Positions 1-14,122 of a DNA stretch of 64,000 bases are shown piece after piece. Each line of letters begins with the position of its first letter. Position 1 is the stretch's first letter. Position numbers and translations under genes: made by a program. The notes under the pieces were generated by a model. That model made no database searches, was not told the origin of the DNA, and saw only the letters and a list, made by a program, of their open reading frames with translations. Source of the stretch: Marsupella aquatica (lineage: Eukaryota > Plantae > Marchantiophyta); contig OZ316891.1 in assembly GCA_973895155.1 (NCBI GenBank), positions 32,251,208 to 32,315,207 on the forward strand, given 5' to 3'.

Positions 1-1163
1 CACTTGGAGCACTAAGCATGCGCTCGGATTTCCGGTGGTTTCTTCTTGTCAGGCGGTTTCTCCGCCAAGTGCACCGATAGTGCTTTCAGCCGGTCTGTGA
101 TTTCGTTCAGCTTTTCTACCTCCGCGGCCTTGGGGTCCGCGGTGACGACCTTGGCTCACGGTTTATGTTTACCCGTATCTGACCGTGATCCCTTCTTTCT
201 TCGGTGGTTATGAGACTCTGACTCGGTATTGTTGGAGGATGAGCCAGTTGATGTCGGGCTACTGGACAGAGAATTGCTAGACTCTGAATCAGAGTCTGAC
301 GAAGAGCTTGTCCGGCCCTTCTTCTTATGTCGTCGTTTCTTCTTCCTTTTCTTCTCGTCGTACTCAGAGTCGGAATCGCTGAAGGTATGATACCTCCTGC
401 TCTTCTTATGCTTGGTCCTCCTATTAAGTTGAGAGGCGTAGTGCGATTCCCTGAAGGACTCAACACTATCAATTGCTTGTTGTAGAGTGGTGGTCTTCTT
501 TTCTAGCACTGAGAACGCCATCCTTTGGGGTAGCGCGTTGACAAACCATTTCCTCAGTAGAGAATCATCGGGCTTAGGCCAAATCTTGGTGGCAACCTTC
601 TGGAATCGCTGCAGAAATTTGCGAAGTGAGTCATGCTTACCCATCTGCATTCGTCCGATTTTTGACAAGGCCCGAGATTCGATCCCCACGGGCCTAAATT
701 CTTGCAAAAATGCCGTCTGGAACTGGCCCCATGTGAAACCAAGGGGTTGCAAGTTATACCACGGGCGCGCTTCTCCTTGTAGCACGCCTGGAAGAATGGT
801 TAGCTTAATGGCTTCCTCGCCATTTGCCTTGGCCGTGGCCTCAAACTCAGCTATCCATTCATCGGGGTCGTCCGTGGGTCGTCCCTTAAAGGGTCGATAG
901 TGGAACCGGGATCGCTACGACACGTTCTTAGCTGCAAGGGGCCGCAATGCACCTGGTACCTATGGGGCAGGTGGAACCGGTGGAGTTCCTCCCGCCGTTG
1001 GTGCTTGGGTTCCCATCACAACAAGCGATCCTGCTTGGGAAGCCGAGCTCCCCGCTCCGTCGGATGCGGTATTCCCTTCCAAACTTGATGCTCCATCTGG
1101 TTGTACGCAGAACGTGACCGGGTAAGGGGCATGCCCCTTCCTACACGTCGAGTACAAAATCAA
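1..1163 (-). pseudogene. gag: Ty3/Gypsy gag of family-D element (runs off window), with in-frame stops
   Basis: ORFs 960-1163 and 156-785 share a frame. Retrotransposon capsid-like motifs (PFKGRPTDDPDEWIAEFE, LQGEARPWY, TWGQFQTAFLQEF) and a Ser/Lys-rich linker. Clear paralogy to gag at 18206-19666. Confidence 0.9.
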
Positions 1164-1205
1164 AGGTTACTAGCTCACTACACGGCTCCACTCATAAGGC
1201 AAAAT

Positions 1206-1229
1206 GAGTGCCCCCTCCATCTAGCGCCA
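1206..1229 (-). promoter_or_regulatory. PBS-like motif TGGCGCTAGATGGAGGGGGCACTC
   Basis: Lies between the LTR-D end (1247) and gag. An identical 24-mer lies between the LTR-B end and gag at 17973-17996. Confidence 0.7.
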
Positions 1230-1246
1230 AAAAACCAGTCGCCGTA

Positions 1247-2390
1247 TGTCGCGTCCCTAACCTGGGCCTTAAATCCAGTTTAGTTTCATGGCGCAACCTC
1301 GACCACCAGTAGGGGTGAGGGTTTGGGCAAGGAGGTGTGTAGTGGCCCCGATTAGCCCTAAGTCGGGCTAAGTCGATATACTTACTGGTATAACACTTAA
1401 GCAATTCGTACTAGTCATAGGTATATTTATTTTCCACCGCTGGAATTTTCCCTCAGTGACTCGGACTAACTCCCGGCTTGGGGCTTTTCAAGCCATCGAC
1501 GTGACAGAACCTTATGACATGCAATGGGTGGCAATCCCTACCATTAGTCCGCACCCAGTACGTCCCTTAAAATGGCGCCTTTGCCCAGACAAAGCATACA
1601 CACAACACCAATTACTTGTGGAAACATTAGAGGGAAAAGACTACATTTACTCAGCAAAGCATCAGTTTACATGGTTGACTCGATTTCTAAGGGGGTCAGC
1701 AGACCCAACGGCAGTCGATGCCCAGTCTCTATGAGGCCCCGCCTCGCTTTTGCCCAGCAAGCTCGACTCTGGCTCTCACTCCTTGGTGCGCTCTGACCCT
1801 ACTCAAGCCGGGACTCCCCGTGTCTTGCCTTTTCTTCTGCTGAGATAACTAAGCCTTCTCCCCCTTCCACGGCAAAGGGGAAACCTAAATACTACAATTG
1901 CGGAAGGGAACTGGAGGATACTACCTTTCGGGATACTACCTACTGACTAACTACCCTATGACTAACTAGCCATGCCGTACTGACTAGTTGACCGTTGACG
2001 ATAAGAGTGCTAACCGGAATGGCAACAGCTAAGCCTATTGACAAAATCTAGTTTGTTGATGGACTCCATCCTACGCTGGCGGCTCCTAACTGATTTGGTC
2101 CTAATTCTTCCTACTACCGCTAATCGGCGCCTAATGACAGCTATTCTGTCGTTACGCTTAACCAAAAGATGCCGCTGACTCAACTGCCTCGTGCGGCGCT
2201 TGCTTCCACCCTTTGCTAACCACCCCTTACGTGTGTGCTATGGTCAGACCAGGGTTTGTCCCCCTGTCGGGGCAAGACCTCGAGCCACCTTGATCAGAGG
2301 TTGGCCCAGGTTTTCCCCGCTGGAGGACAAGCAGGGCAATGCGATCTTGCAAGGCCTTGTTGTCCCGCACCGCGTCCTCCGCCTCGTTGG
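1247..2390 (-). mobile_element. Truncated 5' LTR of family D (3' part only)
   Basis: Colinear with 23396-24540 of the solo LTR-D. Ends ...CGCGACA on the minus strand just before the PBS. Fused to LTR-E sequence at about 2390. Confidence 0.85.
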
Positions 2391-4852
2391 CTAGGGAGAA
2401 GGATTTACCAGGAGGAGATTGGTCGGAGGACATCAGGTGGCTTGCCAAAAAAAGAAGCAACCCTCTTGCCACCATAGAAGAAATCCGCAAGGCGGCTTGG
2501 GAGCAGAGGCCGCGGTGGTTGATGCCGATGACTTCTAGTTACTCCACCTATGCTAAGGATAGAGCCATGGAGTACGGGGAGATGTGTGGGGACCTCGCGC
2601 TCAGCATCTTTGGGGAGGAGTTGGAGCAAGGACCCTTTTTCCAAAGGGAGTTGTTGGAAAAGCACCGATTAGAAGAAGCGGTGGCTTTGGAGAGAAGCAA
2701 GAAGGACGAGGTCATCCGGTGGCTTAGGGAGAAGGAAGCCGAGGTGGAAGTCCTGCAGGTGGCCAAGAAAGCCCAAGATGAGCTACAGATTAAGCGGCAT
2801 GAGCTAAACATCATGTAGGGGCAGTTGGATACCGCTCAGTCTGACAATCAGATTATCAAAGATAAATTGACTCGGACCCAAGGAGAGTTGGCCGGCGCAG
2901 TCAAGGAAAGAGAGAAATGGAAGCGGGAGCTAAGGGATGCAGAGGAGGCCCACTTAGCAACCAACAATCGGGCCATGGCAGAGAACCAGAGAAGGGAGAG
3001 GGCGTTGAAAGGAGAGCTTGAAGATATCCGCGGAGCCCTTGAGCAGAAGGAAGCAGAGTTAGGGAAATCCTATCAAGGGATTATTGCGCTGCAGTAGGAG
3101 CTTGCGTCCCTAACGGCCAGCTTCAAGGCCGACCTGCGTGAAAAGGACGACCAGCTCAACCAGACTTATGCCAAGATGAATAAGATGGAGTCTGTGGTCG
3201 TAGCAGAGCTCGACAAGGAGCTAAGAGCAACCCAGGAGGAGAGGGCTACCTTAAAGAAAAAATTGGAGGAAGCCAATAAGGAGCTGGAGGAGGCGTGCAA
3301 GGACCTGGACGAGACCTAAGAGGAGTTGGAGGGAATCACGAGGAAGATGGAGAACCTACAGCGGCGGGCCAACAACCAAATGGAGCGGCTGAAGACACAA
3401 GCCGCAGTATTTAAATGCTTGGCTTCATCAGGTCCAACTCCAAATGGGGAACCCAGTTACCAGGGGTAGTATTGGCCGCAGGACAAGCCGAAACACTCAC
3501 CCCGGTGCTGAAGGTAAGTGGCAAGGGGAAGGAACTGGCTGTCAAAATAGGGAAGAAGAAGAAGCGGAAACCTTCTAGGTCTGGGGGTTATACGGCTTCT
3601 CAAGCCGTTGTGACCGAGAAGATAAACCCGGCACCAATCTCTGGCATCGGCACGGCGGTGGATCCACCAGTCCTAGGAAGTGGAGATGGCAAGGCCAAGG
3701 CCGAGAGAACCAGTAATGATGCCGAGGTACCGGATCCTCCACTAGAACATGTCGAGGAGGCCGTAGCCGTATCGGAGGCCGTGACCGATGTTGAGGCCAA
3801 AGCCGAGGGTGGACCCAGTCAGGCCGATGAAGAGTTGACTCGATCAAGGGCAGGTAATCTGTCAGAGGACGGACCAACGGCAGTGGCTGCGGAGGAAGCA
3901 TTGGGGGCGTCCATTGAGGACCAGCCACCGGTGTCGTGATGGTGTAAGGGCGCCGTCCCTTTTAGGGAGGGCGGACGTGGAGGTAGGAGGCGTGAGTGGG
4001 CAGGGCAGGCGCTGATCTCCAAGTTTAGACTTAGGATCAGGACCAGGAGATGGCCCTGACACTTAGATTAGTGGGATTTCGGATCCACGGGTGAAGGCAA
4101 CACTTGTGCTCTTGCGTTGCTGTACATAGGTAGATTACAGTCAGGTAGATTACAGTAGGTAGATTAGGCTTACGCTGCAAGGAATCAGGCGGATCCACGA
4201 CCAGGATAAGTACTTGGGCTGCGGGGAGTGCAGGGCCTCTTCTTTAGCAAGTTTTTAGTTGCACCAGCAGGGCTGGGAACAAGTAGTAAGAGAAGCTCTC
4301 AGTTAGTTATATAGTGACCCTTGTGTATATTCATGTTTCCTCATACCTAAGAACTGAATAGAGTTGGCCTCACGGCTTAGTTTGCAGAGCTTGTGTATGA
4401 GATGTACTATTTGTATTGCAAGTGCATGGTATAACTCAGTCAGAAGGAGTCATTTTTCTATTTGTGTGTCGCATTAACTTGTGTGAAGAGTGCCCACATC
4501 AACAAGTAGAAGGGAAGTAAGCAAGGGAGTGAGAGTTGGATGTGTCGAGCTGAGAGAGGTCTTAGCGGCTTAACCAAACCAATTGGGGATCATTCCGGCG
4601 GCGGAATCCAAATATACCTAACCAACAGGAGGGAAAGACAAGAGAAGGTCTAGATTAGGCCAACTGCGTATCTCATGACCCGATGAAGGATTTGTCTAGT
4701 ATATGTGTGTAAAATGTTAATAGTAGTAGTAGGAGGTTAGCAGCATCCCATGCCGCTAAGCCACGGAAACGGCCTTGCCGAGCATGAAACCTGCGGGAAT
4801 CGGCTTGGGCGGGGGGGTTTCTTGGGTTTGGGGAGCCATGGGATGCACCACA
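2390..4852 (+). mobile_element. 3' half of a family-E LTR with decayed coiled-coil ORF (2392-3939)
   Basis: Near-identical to 27990-29013 + 33574-34994. Ends ...GGATGCACCACA like the other E copies. Confidence 0.85.
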
Positions 4853-5743
4853 CCCTCCTCTGAATTGATGGCCGCGGGGTACGACTCAGCAAGCGCCAAA
4901 CAACCCAGCACCACTCCAGCAGGGCCGAGGGGATAACACGGTAACTCTAGCCACCCCGGCACCAATACTCACGGTAGTCGCGCTACCACCACCTGACCAA
5001 GAGGAAGGAGAGATGTCCCCTTCTTCTAGTCACCCCGGGAATCAGTCTCGGGGTAGGAAGAGGAAGGAGCCTGCAGCCATATCTGGGTTGCCTTTGGCCA
5101 CGGTTGCGGTTGCCAAGCTGACCATGCATCGCATGGGGGACAATGTTCACAAGAACATCCTCCACCTCAAGCATGCATGCTATCTGAAGACCCAAGGGTT
5201 TGAGCACCTTGCCTCTCTCCCTTGGAACTCAAGCAGGTATTACAGACAGGATATGTCGGAGTTCATTCAGAACTTTGACGAGGCCCATCAACAAACCCGA
5301 GTGCACGAAAGAGTGATGTGTCTCAATGAGGCACGTCTAAAGATGATTTTTGGTTTACCTGAGGGGATAAACCGAGTAGAGTCGCGGGCTCCTAGGGGAA
5401 AGGGAGCCAAATACCAGTCCTCTAGCTTCCCGGCCGAGGGGGTAGTGGACAATGGGTTCTTAATGAGGACGTGCCTCATCCCGGAGGTAGCAGAATGCCT
5501 GGAGTTCCAGCGGTATGCCCTCCACATGATGGAACCCAGAGGAGAAATATTGGCCGCTCAGGTCATCCAGGTGGAGAACTATCGGCCTAGGAAGTGGGCG
5601 TCCTTCTTCATCAAGAAGTTCCACGAGGAGATGGAGCGGAGAAAAAAGACTTCGTACCTTGGCGGAAGGGCTACTTCGCTAGCCACATCGAAAGCATTAT
5701 CGAGTGGTACGCTTGTTTTGACCGCCATAGCCTCCCGCGTATC
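4853..5743 (+). pseudogene. Middle part of LTR-B encoded ORF inside the 5' LTR
   Basis: ORF 5013-5837 matches the central part of the 882-aa ORF (GLPLATVAVAK..YLKTQGFEHLASLPWN..MIFGLPEG..LHMMEPRGEI) until LTR-A sequence begins. Confidence 0.85.
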
Positions 5744-5825
5744 AATTCCTAAATTTTTTACGGTGTTTAGACTGCAATTATTGCTAACTATAACTGAAAT
5801 AGCATTCAAAGTTACTAAGTTCCTA

Positions 5826-5975
5826 AGTTACGAGTAAACTCCCTTTACGAGTTTACGAGTAAACTCCCTTTACGAGTTTACGAGTTTACGAGTAAACTCC
5901 CTTTACGAGTTTACGAGTTTATGACTTTACGAGTTTACGAGTTAGGACTTAAGAGTTTACGAGTTACGCTTTACG
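5826..5975 (+). repeat. Short tandem repeat (TTTACGAG) in LTR-A
   Basis: Directly visible 8-mer repeats. Confidence 0.9.
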
Positions 5976-6177
5976 ATTTGGCGATCCTATGTCGTGACAT
6001 CTTACGGCTAGTTCAACGGGACTCCACAATAGAAGAAGAGCGCGCCTTGGAAGGGAAGGAATGCAGGACATAAGCGCTCATTACTGACTTCTCTTCCACC
6101 TTACCTCTCAGACTCTTACAGAATTCAACCGGTATTTCAGAGATGTCAAATGGAGGCTTCACCCTTTCTATTCTAGG

Positions 6178-6444
6178 ATGCTAAACTCTGATGAATTCCT
6201 ATACCATTATCCCCAAGTATATGCTGCTACTTGCAATAATTATGACATGATTGGGATGTATAGAGAAGCTCTTCGAATAGACATATGTTATCTAAGGAAG
6301 ATAATGCCCCTGATGTATCCTAAAAGGCAATTGAGATGCCTACCCTATTCTCGAGGATTCCCACGCCAGGCTGAACTAATGGAAGTTACACAGAATCAGA
6401 CTCTTACCCTTGTGGAGTTACTCAAACCAGAAGAGATCCGATAG
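6178..6444 (+). CDS. Small LTR-A-encoded ORF (88 aa), unknown function
   Basis: Conserved in three LTR-A copies with many synonymous differences. Confidence 0.55.
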   Translation: MLNSDEFLYHYPQVYAATCNNYDMIGMYREALRIDICYLRKIMPLMYPKRQLRCLPYSRGFPRQAELMEVTQNQTLTLVELLKPEEIR

Positions 6445-6891
6445 CAAGCTTGAAGAGTAGTCTTAAGTGATTTAGTTAGTTTTAAGAATAGTGCATCTTA
6501 TCTGATTTTTAGAAATGTGTTCTAGAGCTTTAAAAGCTGTCATACTTCTTCAATATATAGTCTGTACTTAGGAAAGCCTTCTAGCAAAATTTGAGGCTTT
6601 TATGAGCTACGAGTAAGAAGTTAAAAATAGTTAAATTTGCCAAGTTTTTACTTCTATTGCAATTACGAGTTACGACTTAGTTAGACTTTTACGAGTTTAA
6701 GAGTTTACTAGTTCACAGCTTTTACTAGTTTACAAGTTCAGACTTAGCCAGATTTTTGGCTTTTCACTTACTGAATCGTCATTTTAACTTTTTGAGGAGT
6801 ATGAAGAGGCATGTCTCTTCGACTTTATGACCTCTTACTCTGTAGATTTTTACTATAAGACCCCTCCACCACTAGTGTAGATTATGGTTAA

Positions 6892-8944
6892 TGTGACGCC
6901 GATGACATGGTCCTTATTCTATAATCTGAGTAAGTAGGTTGCTGTATACAAGGAGTAGCTATTGATATTGCATAACAATTAGCAAGATGGCAAGAATAAG
7001 GGCAATCATGGCGTTGAGTAGGGAAATAAAAGCTATGTCGTGGGTGGTCGACGACCATATCTCTTTCAATACATCACCAAATCCGGATCTGTAAAGAGCA
7101 TTGGAAAGATCTGGTCAAGGCGAGTAAAATCGATATAAAACACTCGAGAAATGGAGGTGTATTAAGGAAGATATGATCTTATTAGTGTGACGGGTTAGTG
7201 TGTAACCCGGGATAGCGGACACGGATAGCGGATACAGATAGAGGTTAGCGGACACGGATATCGGATACGGATAGAGGTTAGCGGACACGGATAGCGGATA
7301 GCGAATAGAGGTTAGCGGACACGGATAGCGGATACGGATAGAGGTTAGCGGACACGGATATCAGATACGGATAGAGGTTAGCGGATACGGATAGCGAGCG
7401 GACACGGATAGCGGACACGGATAACGGACACGGATAACGGACACGGATAACAAACACGGACAACGAACACGGATAGCGGACACGGATAGCGGACACGGAC
7501 ACGGATAGCGGCTTAGCCCGAGGCCACGGGTTAACTCTTCTAAGGTTAGATAGGATAGCTAGGCTAGCCGAACTCGGGTTAGCTCTGTAACTCGGGTTAG
7601 CGTAGCAATGAGTACCCCCTCTCGGTTGCGGGGGCATAACTTTCTGTGTATTTGGCCAAATTGGCTATGATTGACCTCGTTGGAAAGAGGAGCTCAAGCC
7701 GCTTCCAACGCTGCTATCCACGCAGAAAATGGTTGAATAGAGAAATCGGGAGAGGAGGCGCAAGCTCGCAAAAACCATGGAGGAGGGCCAAATCCGAAGT
7801 ACATAGCCAATTCAAGATAGAAATAAAGTTGCGAGATAGGGTTCAGTAGTTAAGATAGTGGCGGCTCTGTTAGGGCTGGGATGGGGCTCCAGCAGTGTAG
7901 TATCCACCCATTTTGGCTCAGTATGAGAGTATATAGAGCAGCCCCCGGTAGAGGCAAGGGGGGGGGGAACTCCAGTTGTGTGATCTCACGTAGACTGAGC
8001 AGCATGGAGGAGCTCTGTGCAAGCAAGGCTAGACTTGGACACTGCGTGTTGGGGAGAGCTTGGTGGTGCTATTACTCAGGGAGTAATCAGCCAAGCTTCA
8101 CAACAACGGGTTGCTAGGTTGCGAGCTGGATTATGGCTCTTTCTAGTGGGCAACACAACTGGGTTCTTTTCCCTCGATATAGAGCCTTGGTGATAGGTGA
8201 TGTATTGGTGATTGTAAACTGTGGGAAGGATTTCAATTTGATTTGTGGTGAGCACATTAGGGAGGCTGAGACACTATTTGAGGGGCAGCAGGAGGAGCAT
8301 TTACAGTTCAGTCTGGCAAGGCTACGTGATCCATGGGGAGTGTTCTCAGTGAACTGTTGTGCACATCTTTGAATCTAATTGAGTTTTCCTCTCAGGCCTC
8401 ATTTCTCTCATGGATGTGTGTGTGTGTGAGGCAATCTGAGTGTATGATGGGACTAGCAGCGCCACTAAGAGGTGTACAGGGTGCATTGAAGCGGGTTGGG
8501 TGAGGACTGTCATAGCTCTGATTGCTGAGAGTGGAATGGCAGAGTGGTGGGGCAATGGCTTAGAAGTCCCTAAGCCGGGAATCAGTCAGGAGTCACTGGT
8601 TTATGGGTACATTCCGGCGGCGGAATAGAAACATACCTATGACAGTAAGCATACGTATAGACCTATGCGCACCGTAGCGCTAGGCCCTGTGTGTACGGGC
8701 CCGATATGAAGACCCCTTCTCACCAGAACTATCATGAGCGCAGATCTGATCCCCAACCTTGGTTCCTTGGGATTGAGCTTGGGTGATGTGTGATAGAGCT
8801 TTGCTATGATAGTCTGGTGTTAAGGGCATAAATTGGTGTTTACCGGCCTTCACAACATCCCTTCGTGATCCTCAGGTACAAGGAGATGGTTTTGGCACCC
8901 ATAGTGACGTCTTTGGTGTTAAGACCCATGTCAATCGCATGACA
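6892..8944 (+). mobile_element. Family-C LTR (2053 bp)
   Basis: Starts TGTGACGCCGATGACATGG and ends CCATGTCAATCGCATGACA (imperfect terminal IR). Carries the shared ATTCCGGCGGCGGAAT..ATACCTA motif at 8611-8639. GTTAA on the left matches GTTAA after 15242. Confidence 0.75.
7209..7512 (+). repeat. Minisatellite (GCGGACACGGATA-type units) in LTR-C
   Basis: Directly visible 13-bp and related units. Confidence 0.9.
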
Positions 8945-8994
8945 CAAATCACATCTTTTAAATAAATGTGATATTTGAACTAACGTAGCTTGTT

Positions 8995-9597
8995 ATGGTT
9001 GGTCGCAGTTGGACTTATTTTACTGTTGGCAGATTGTTGTTTCCTGTTGCCTGGGGGTGTCACTGTAAACTTACTAGGGGTGGGCTCAAATCTTGGCAGC
9101 AGACTTTGGTGGGTATGTTGCCTTTCCTACATCACCAGGCGCTATGTAGGCTCCTCCTACGGGTTGCCACATGGCTGGCCACTGTTTGGACTCTCCTGCA
9201 TGGGTTGGTGTTGAAACATATTTTGGCACCGCCTGAGGATGCAAGAGACGATGAATCTTATTTTTCAGCAGATGAAATAGAAGAGCAGAATGTTGTCGGG
9301 ACTTCCTTGTTGCCTGGTTTGCCAGATGATATAATGTTGTCAGATGTGTGGCTCAGAATTCTTCTATGGTCAACCGCACAAGACATTTGCAAATATAGAC
9401 TAATTAGCACACAATGGAGGGACTTGGTAGCTAGCTCCCCCCAGTGGAGGGCATTACAACCACTTCTTGTAGGCACAGATCGAACCCCACCCTGGTATGC
9501 CCATGGCATACTCCTTGATGACCTGATGTACATGCCAGTGTACCTCAGGTGTGAATACCATCGAGAACAGGGTGGGTATCCAGATGAGCTCTGGTAA
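8995..9597 (+). pseudogene. F-box-like gene fragment
   Basis: SLLPGLPDDIMLSDVWLRI...CKYRLISTQWRDLVASS matches the plant F-box consensus. No C-terminal substrate domain is recognisable. Confidence 0.55.
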
Positions 9598-12500
9598 TAA
9601 CGTGACACTAGAAGAAACCGGCCCTATCTGAGACCCTCCCTTACATGACTTACTTGAGACCTTTGGAAATCAGTGACTCCAAGGTTATTGGTGTCATCTT
9701 TGTTACACCTTCTCAACTAAGTTTTGGTGAATTTTTGGAGAGTCGTATCTTTAACTATTTGGAGTGTTGCAATTGGAACTTAGTGTAGGCAATTATTTTG
9801 AAGTTTTATAAGTGACTCAGCACAATTATAATAGCGCTTTCTGCCATCTTTATCACCATGGTTGCACATATATAAGAACAATGTAACTTTGGCTCTTATT
9901 AAATAATAATCTCGGCCCACATCCCAAATCCAACCCATACATATATACTTTATTTGTATGATTCACAAAATGATTATAGGTGTGGCTATATATACCTGAG
10001 GCCGGTGCAATTGCAAGTCGCGCGCCATGATGCAGGCCACTGGTTAATTACTCCATCATACAAACAAAAAGACACACACTAAACCCACTAACATCATTTG
10101 GCAACGTTCTGTCTCCAAATATACCCCTTGGCCAATTTCAAATGGTTGCAGCTCCCTTCATGTAGGAATATTGAACGGCCCAATATAAGGGACTCTTTTT
10201 GTTAAGGGTACAATGTAATGCCTTTGCCGCAAGACCACTTCTACCTACTCTTCCTTGTAATATGTGTTGCCCTCAATTGGCTTCATGAACCCCTTCACCT
10301 AATGGACCATGCCGCAAGTTTCCACATGCTACATGGTAATGCCTTTGCCCATCGAGTGTTTTGCCCGAACCCCTTGTGCCAAAACCCATGGGAGAAACAA
10401 CGAGTGCCTTTGCGCGCATAGAGTGTCGGCATTTGGTGAGCGGGAAGGAAGAGCCAAACATCGTCAGGCTTGGGCTTTCGAGTGAATCCTATCGAGCTTC
10501 TTTGAGTGTCTTGTCTCCGCGCTTGCAGGAGACCCTGCTTGGATTCTTGCTACTATTGGGAGCTCGGGGTTGGAAGGAGGGTTGAGTCATTGGTGGTGGA
10601 AGGAGCTGTGGGTTTAGGAGGCTGCTTATTGCGAGCACAAAACATTGCAGCGGTGACATTGCTAGGTTTTGCGATTGTGCTGTGGGTTTAGGCCGGGTTA
10701 CTATGAGCTTATGTTGTTGCAGCACTACCGTGGATAAGGGGCTGTGGAGGACCGAGGAGCTACGACGTAGAACTGAGGAGCTGCAAAAAAGTGGGGAGTG
10801 ATCTTGAAGGCCAACTATCTAGCGTGAGGTGGATCATCGTGGTTGCAATAGCGACCGGGCCCTGTTTTGCATTGGCACTGTCAGTAAGACAGTTTGTGGA
10901 CGCACGAAAGAGTCGCAAGGAGTTGTTCTTGCGGGCTGACACAACTTCATGGGAGTGTTGAAGGTTTAGGGTGAGCAACAGTGGAGAGCTCATTGCTTGG
11001 TGGCAGGATTCAAGGTCGTCGGCACATTGTGGACATCTCACAAAGTTCATTGTGTGAGGTGGATGATAGGGTTGCAAGGCCAACCGGGCCCTACTTTTGC
11101 ATTGAGCAATGTGAGTGAGGTGAGGGGACCTATTGCTACCCTTTATGTTTGCGCTCCCATTGCCCCGATTATTGCTTGACAGCTTGCTGCGGAGTTTGTG
11201 AGGAGAGCGGAGTTTGTGAGGAGAGACATTGCAACCCTTTCTCGAACAAAATCTCTGGAGGTGGATAGGGTGGCCGCATTTTAGGTTTGTGGAGGACATT
11301 GTTTTGCTTGCATTTGCATTGTTCTTGTTGCGGACATTGGATTTCAACAGCGAGGCTTTGAGGCGGAGTTGGAGTGGAGGTGAACATTGATCTCAACTGA
11401 GTGAGTTTGAGCTGCAACATAGGTGGACATTGCATCTGCTTTGAACCGCACTCCTCGGGAACAACTCTGGCATTTAAGCTTTCGGCGCTTCTCTTACTGC
11501 CGTGAACAACTCTGTAAGGTTGTAGGCAATAGTGCGCTTAGTGAGGTCCTACTTAGTCAAGAGCAACTTCTTCCTATCAAAGACACGCTTGGGATCCCAA
11601 ACTCACATGATTGTCTGTTGAATGTGCTTTTTCACTGTCTCTCCCCACGTCTCTCTTGGCAAAACTAGATGATACTCCAGCCTTTTACGATTCCTCTGTT
11701 TCATCAGTGTGTCAATCACTCCCTCACTTCTCATACCATAGTTACCTTCCCTATCAACATCGCTCTCATTGGAGCTGAAATCATCTTCTTGCGTCCTTCA
11801 CAGCATCTGCTTAACGTTTGTGTAACCGGGAGTTACCAGGCCCTTTGAGTTTTTCATTGTTTGCCTATGGTGCTGGCATTATTGTCACACTTGTTCTCAT
11901 TCCGCAGTGCACTATTTGCAATTCAATTATCCTTCAGAATTCTGTCAAAAGGTGAAGTATTAGTAAGTCCGACTACATTTTCCCTTTACTCACAATTTCA
12001 TTTCATAATCGCCTACGTGTGGGAGCATTCCACAAACTGAGCAAAGGTGCAACTGTGGTGGAGATATGCGGAGCTGAGCTAAGCTAAATCTTGGCAGGTC
12101 CTCATCAATTGAGCGCAGGCTGGACTGACATGAGCGTTACTATTCAAAGAGGAAGCTGCTGAGTGCATGGAGCTGCAATTGACATTTGGTACTAATTGCT
12201 GATTTTGTTGGAGCTTCCTTTGCGCAAGCTGGGTGTATTCTGACCTTGGAGCTACCGGGGCCGCTACTGGAAGGTACTATTGCTCCTGACTACCATGACT
12301 GTAATGTCGGATATATGCGTGAATTGTCGTTTGAGTAATGCTTGTAAAATCTTGTAATGCTTGTAAAATCTTTCAAAGTTTGTGAAGGTAAGATAAACTG
12401 TGGAGTCTCTCTGTCATTCTTCTTGTTCCAAGCCTACAACTCGTCCTTTTTGCCATGTCCTCTTCTGTATCCTGTTTTGTATCTTGTATTTTGTCACTTT

Positions 12501-14122
12501 AAATTGTCCATGATGTTGTGAGATGTTTCATTCATTCTAGTTCGCTCTGGTTCAAGTCATTACTCAGTAAGTCAAATCTTCCATGGTTAGAAATTAAAGA
12601 CAAGCTTAAAGAAACTAAATGGCAGTCCAATATTTGAGTTGGGGAAAATAATGAGGAAATGAATGAGGTACAGGATACACATAAATAAAAATGACTGTGA
12701 GCTGCAGCTGGTCAGGTGGAGGGGATTGCAAACGCGCTACCATCAGCGACACATCTCAACTTTCCGCAACGAGCGCTGTTGACATTCGGCTGGTTGTAAG
12801 TGTATTTCGAAATTGACCCTAACTTGCTTATGAAAATAAAACACTTCAAGCTGTGAATATAATTACAGGAATGACATTTAAGGCCACCGCATGTTTGGTA
12901 TTGGGTTCTCTAGAATTTTGGTACCCTCTTTCCTCACCTCAAATTTGAACAATGATGGTAGTCTCAGGCTCCGTATTGCCTACAATCAGTGGTACTCAGC
13001 GTGGGAGCTGTTGAGGCTGATTTTGAGCCGAGCTTACCTGAGCACACTTGGGAGCTGCTGCATTGACAGGTCTGAAACTCTGACGGGTTGGCTTAAATCC
13101 TTTGCTTCCTTGTGCTCTATTTTGGGGAGTTAATAAAGTTTGGCCTTGAAATGGTTACTTACACTTATGTTTGAAAGTTGACCTGTAACTCCCCTGAGAC
13201 CGGTACTCTGTCAGTTCCGCTGGTAGTCTGTCTGTCGGGTTCTTTCTAATTTTGGTAGTCTGTTTGTTGGGTTCTTCAACTCCAGACATCTGAAATTTTT
13301 CCCCTCTCGCTGTATCCACTGATGCCAACTCACTTTCATCACCTCAATTCTGAACAATGATGGTAGTCTCAGGCTCCATACTGCCTATAGTGAATGGTAC
13401 TTGGTAAAGTTTCTATTGTCTCAATCGTACTTGAATTCGAGGAGAATAAGAAGAAGCCAAGGTCATTAATTATGTTGGTTGTGTCGACTCCTTGTTTTGT
13501 GTATTGTGACTTTGGCTCTAATGTGTGAGAGCTTCTAGCTGCGATGTCCACCTCAGATGAAGTGATTTGTCTCACAATGCCATTGCTCATGAAATCTTGC
13601 TTCTGCTGATGAAACCTTGGATCTTCTTAATCAAATGCTTGCTGCCTTGTTACAACGTTTGTCCAGTTGACCGCTTCAGTGCCTATTCTTCATTTCCTGT
13701 TGTTCCATTTTTGGATATTTTTGCTTAAGGAACCTGCATTTCCTTCCCTGTCCCCATGCTATCTCCACTGCACCTTCCATTGCTAGCTATGCTGATTCCT
13801 TCCACTGCTAGCTCTAGACAATGATGCAGTCCAAATGCTGATCAGTCTCACTGGGGTTGCCGGTGCAGACATGACTCGCACTGTGTGATTGTAGTTTTGT
13901 TTTGTCGGGAAGAATGTGTTTGGCTAAGATGCTAGATTGTGGCTTGTCTTCTTGCTTCTAGCTCGTGTATATTCAATTAATAGAAGCTAGGAACGAAGTG
14001 AAAATTGAATTTCCTTATATTAAGCATCTTGACCTAGAAACTCAATACATAAACTCCAGGAGTCCCTTGGGACATAAAATGAGCCAAATTGTTTCAAAAT
14101 TGGGAACCTGCACCCGCACTAC

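Noticed and set aside
10200-13600. Short ORFs and a ~60-bp duplication (12932 vs 13337) in the captured segment
   Set aside because: No recognisable motifs; probably decayed sequence that I cannot assign.
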